Of a stretch of 25,518 bases of DNA, positions 22,368-25,518 are shown one piece after another. Positions within the stretch are counted from its first letter, which is position 1; the number at the start of each line of letters is the position of its first letter. The position numbers and the translations under genes were made by a program. Below the pieces are notes generated by a model, which was not told where the DNA came from, made no database searches, and saw only the letters and a program-made list of their open reading frames with translations. The stretch comes from a virus. Its lineage: Duplodnaviria > Caudoviricetes. Location of the stretch: the IMG/VR virus record IMGVR_UViG_3300030389_000479, positions 1 through 25,518 of that record; one strand, written 5' to 3'.

Positions 22368-24596
22368 ATGACAATATCAGTTTCAAATAATACACCTCGA
22401 GTATCATATACTGTAAGCGAGGGAGCTACTCAGACATCATTTACTGTCAACTTTGAGTTTTTTGCAGATGCAGACTTAAGAGTATTTGTAGATAATACAC
22501 TTAAAACTATCACTACTCACTACACTGTCTCAGGTGGCAATGGATCAACTGGTACAGTTACAATGAGTGTGACTGGAGCAAGTGGTGGATCGACTGTTGT
22601 AATTGTAAGAGCGATTGCACTTGAAAGAACTACTGACTTCCCTACTCAAGGTGCTTTTAATATTTCTTCTCTGAATACAGAACTGGATAGAATCATAGCA
22701 ATTCATGCTGATGTGGATGATACTGCGGAACGAGGATTAAGATTACAAGAATCTGATGATGCAGTTGCTACTACATTGCCTCTAAAAGATGCTAGAAAAG
22801 GTACGGTTCTTGCGTTCAATGCTACAAGTGGTGTGCCAGAAGCTGGACCAAGCATATCTTCTGTAACGACTGTAGCAACCCAGTCAGCCAATATAAATAC
22901 TGTCGCTGGTATCAGTGCAAATGTAACCACTGTGGCTGGTATACACGCAAATGTAACGACTGTAGCTGGTATATCGAGCAATGTTACGACAGTTGCTGGA
23001 GTTGCTAGTAATGTAACGACAGTTGCTGGTATTCATGCTAACGTCACAACAGTTGCTGGCATAGCTAGTGACGTAACAGCTGTCGCTGGTATCTCAAGTG
23101 ATGTTGCCGCTGTTGAAAATATTAAAGCAAATGTTACAACTGTTGCTGGAATATCAGCGAATGTAACTACTGTCGCTGGAATATCATCAAATGTAACAAG
23201 TGTGGCTGGCATAGCATCAAATGTAACTACAGTTGCTGGTATAAATACAACGCATTTATCTAATGTATCTGGTGTTGCTTCTAATGTTGCTCTTCTCGGC
23301 ACATCTGATGCTGTATCTGATATGAATACTTTGGCGGCAATCTCAAGTGACATAACATCACTAGCTAATTCTCTCGAGAAAACATACACAGTCACTGTTG
23401 CAAATCCTGGAAGTGGTAATGTATTTGTTCTTGATAGCTCTAATGCACCAGCTATCGAGATGTTCAGAGGTAATACCTATATATTTAATCAAACAGACTC
23501 AAGTAATGATGGACACCCATTGGTGTTTAAGAATGGCAGTTCTGCGTATGAAGTTGGTGTTACTTACTTTTTAAATGGTTCTGCAACTACACAATCAAAC
23601 TATGTAAATACAACGAACTTCAATGCTGGTCGTAGCTCTGGTGATAGAAAAGTACAGATAGAGGTTGCTACTTCTGCTCCATCTTCTGGATTGAGATACT
23701 ACTGCTATGTTCATGGTAATGGAATGGGTAATACAATCACAGTCAAGGATAGTAATATATCTTTGGTTGCTGGTTCGATTGCAAATGTAAATACAGTTGG
23801 TGGTGGATTAACAAATGTAAATACAGTTGCTGGCTCAATATCAAACGTAAATACAGTGGCAACAAATATTTCTGGTGTTAACTCATTTAATGAAAGGTAT
23901 AGAGTGGCATCATCTGCACCAAGTTCTAGTCTTGATGCTGGTGATTTATATTTTGATACTTCTCTGAATGAACTGAAAGCATACAATGGTAGTGCTTGGC
24001 AATCAACTGCACCATCTGCCGCTAATCAAACAAACATAAATATCGTTGCTGGTGAGATAACGGCACAAGAAGATTTAGGGTCTATTGCTAACGCTGTATC
24101 AACTAGCTCTGGTAATAATATAAATACTGTTGGCTCTAATATTACGAATGTAAATACAGTTGCTGGCATATCATCTAATGTGACTACTGTTGCTGGCATT
24201 GCTTCTAATGTGACATCGGTAGCTGGGGTTGCATCTAATGTAACTACAGTGGCAAATAATATATCTGGCTTAAATAGTTTTGCTGAAAGATATAGAGTCG
24301 CAAGTTCGCAACCATCGTCATCACTCGATGAAGGCGATTTATATTATGATACAACAGCAAACTCTTTGAATTATTATAATGGTTCATCATGGGTAGCTGT
24401 GGTAGCTGGTGCAATGACTTCGTTAATTGTTGATACTACACCACAATTAGGTGGCAACTTAGATGTAAATGGAAACTCAATAGTATCTGCATCAAACGGT
24501 GATATCACTATTGCTCCAAATGGTGCTGGTGAAATAAATTTAAATGGTACTGTCAATACTGACAACTTAACAATAGACTTTGGGAGTATAGCATAA
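22368..24596 (+). CDS. Tail fibre protein with a T7 gp17-like N-terminal attachment domain and decapeptide repeats
   Basis: N-terminus with TSFTVNFEFFADADLRVFVD...LNTELDR, tandem NVTTVAGISS repeats, and GDLY(F/Y)DT modules. Confidence 0.88.
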   Translation: MTISVSNNTPRVSYTVSEGATQTSFTVNFEFFADADLRVFVDNTLKTITTHYTVSGGNGSTGTVTMSVTGASGGSTVVIVRAIALERTTDFPTQGAFNISSLNTELDRIIAIHADVDDTAERGLRLQESDDAVATTLPLKDARKGTVLAFNATSGVPEAGPSISSVTTVATQSANINTVAGISANVTTVAGIHANVTTVAGISSNVTTVAGVASNVTTVAGIHANVTTVAGIASDVTAVAGISSDVAAVENIKANVTTVAGISANVTTVAGISSNVTSVAGIASNVTTVAGINTTHLSNVSGVASNVALLGTSDAVSDMNTLAAISSDITSLANSLEKTYTVTVANPGSGNVFVLDSSNAPAIEMFRGNTYIFNQTDSSNDGHPLVFKNGSSAYEVGVTYFLNGSATTQSNYVNTTNFNAGRSSGDRKVQIEVATSAPSSGLRYYCYVHGNGMGNTITVKDSNISLVAGSIANVNTVGGGLTNVNTVAGSISNVNTVATNISGVNSFNERYRVASSAPSSSLDAGDLYFDTSLNELKAYNGSAWQSTAPSAANQTNINIVAGEITAQEDLGSIANAVSTSSGNNINTVGSNITNVNTVAGISSNVTTVAGIASNVTSVAGVASNVTTVANNISGLNSFAERYRVASSQPSSSLDEGDLYYDTTANSLNYYNGSSWVAVVAGAMTSLIVDTTPQLGGNLDVNGNSIVSASNGDITIAPNGAGEINLNGTVNTDNLTIDFGSIA
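22890..23250 (+). repeat. About 12 tandem 30-bp (10-aa, NVTTVAGI[S/A][S/A]) coding repeats; shorter arrays near 23780-23870 and 24115-24260
   Basis: Directly visible in the translation, with diverged synonymous positions in the DNA. Confidence 0.9.
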
Positions 24597-25450
24597 TGGC
24601 AAAACTTTTAAAATTAAGGGGTGGCACAACTTCCCAACACGGTTCTTTTACTGGTGCTGAACGAGAAGTCACAGTAGATACCGATAAAGAAACATTAGTT
24701 GTGCATAATGGTTCACAAGCTGGTGGCTTTCCATTGGCAAGAGCTGATGGCTCTGGTACGTCAAACTTCACAATAACTGGCGAACTCGACTGTGCAACGT
24801 TAGATGTAAGTGGTGACGCTGATATAGATGGCACACTTGAAGCTGACGCAATAACGATTGGTGGTACTGCAATAGCATCTGTTCTAAGTCCAGTAGCTGG
24901 AAGCTCGAGCATTGTTACAACTGGTGCATTGAACAGCGGTTCTATTACGAGTGGCTTTGGCACTATAGATACCGGGTCATCTACAATTACAACTACTGGT
25001 GCTGTAACTGGCGGTTCTCTAGTAGCAGATAACATAACTATTAATGGTAATGATATCTCTAGCACAAACTCAGATGGTGACCTTTTATTTAAAGGAAATG
25101 ATGGTGGCTCAACTATAACAGCTCTTACGCTTGATATGTCAGAAGCTGGTGCTGCTACATTTAATAATAACGTAACTGCTTTTTCTGATGAACGACTCAA
25201 ATCAAATATTGAAACTATCGATGGTGGTTTATCAAAAATCCTTAGTATGAGAGGTGTTACCTATACTAGGGATGATATGGATAATGTCGGTGTTATAGCA
25301 CAAGAAGTAGAAAAAGTTTTACCACAAATAGTTCTTACTGCTGATGACGAAATGGGAACAAAGTCAGTTGACTACAGTAGGATTACTGCTGTTCTTATTG
25401 AAGCTGTCAAAGAACTTACCAAACGAGTTGAGGAACTGGAGAATAAATAA
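24596..25450 (+). CDS. Second tail fibre/spike protein with an Mtd-like N-terminal domain and a C-terminal peptidase S74 intramolecular chaperone
   Basis: N-terminal LKLRGGTTSQHGSFTGAEREVTVDTDKETLVVHNG...GGFPLA. C-terminal SDERLKSNI...GVIAQEVEKVLP...VDYSRITAVLIEAVKEL. Confidence 0.85.
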   Translation: MAKLLKLRGGTTSQHGSFTGAEREVTVDTDKETLVVHNGSQAGGFPLARADGSGTSNFTITGELDCATLDVSGDADIDGTLEADAITIGGTAIASVLSPVAGSSSIVTTGALNSGSITSGFGTIDTGSSTITTTGAVTGGSLVADNITINGNDISSTNSDGDLLFKGNDGGSTITALTLDMSEAGAATFNNNVTAFSDERLKSNIETIDGGLSKILSMRGVTYTRDDMDNVGVIAQEVEKVLPQIVLTADDEMGTKSVDYSRITAVLIEAVKELTKRVEELENK

Positions 25451-25518
25451 TGGCATTACAATCTAGTGGAGCAATAAGTCTTGATGATATGCATCAGGAA
25501 GTTGGTGCTAGTTCTGGT
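25450..25518 (+). CDS. Partial gene, probable tail-fibre-associated protein (MALQSSGAISLDDMHQEVGASSG...)
   Basis: TAATG overlap with the previous stop and open to the window end. The MALQSSGAISL start is typical of genes following S74-bearing fibres. Confidence 0.65.
   Translation, partial: MALQSSGAISLDDMHQEVGASSG

Noticed and set aside
22703-25200. Long antisense ORFs opposite the tail fibre genes
   Set aside because: Shadow ORFs arising from repetitive, biased sense-strand codons. They have no RBS.
24596-25518. Diversity-generating retroelement, suggested by the Mtd-like N-terminus and BPP-1-like genes
   Set aside because: No reverse transcriptase and no TR/VR pair differing at adenines within the window. 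The protein ends in an S74 chaperone rather than a C-type lectin variable region.

Overview
A 25.5-kb piece of a low-GC tailed dsDNA phage genome with podovirus-like (T7/BPP-1-style) morphogenesis genes. A marine or aquatic origin is inferred, not shown. Left arm (1-3739, minus strand): small, mostly hypothetical early-type genes, including a winged-HTH protein, a Cys-motif protein and two small ORFs below the ORF-track cutoff, separated by several conspicuously structured spacers. Right arm (4826-end, plus strand): small terminase, four very basic small proteins, large terminase, portal, scaffold, a gp13-like protein, major capsid, tail tubular A and B, three internal virion proteins, and tail fibre genes. 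The standout feature is the ~1-kb GC-richer, apparently non-coding interval between the two divergent arms (~3790-4770). It contains many nested helices whose G-U pairs favour the + strand, a recurring CUAUC hairpin loop and a possible long-range pseudoknot, making it a candidate large phage ncRNA that I cannot assign to a family. Other notable signals are an ssi/Frpo-like long hairpin with C-GAA-G triloops, an A9 tract that puts the natural start of the gp13-like gene out of frame, and a cupredoxin-like His/Cys/His/Met module inside the tail fibre. All structures were paired by eye and family names are from recall; no folding or database search was run.
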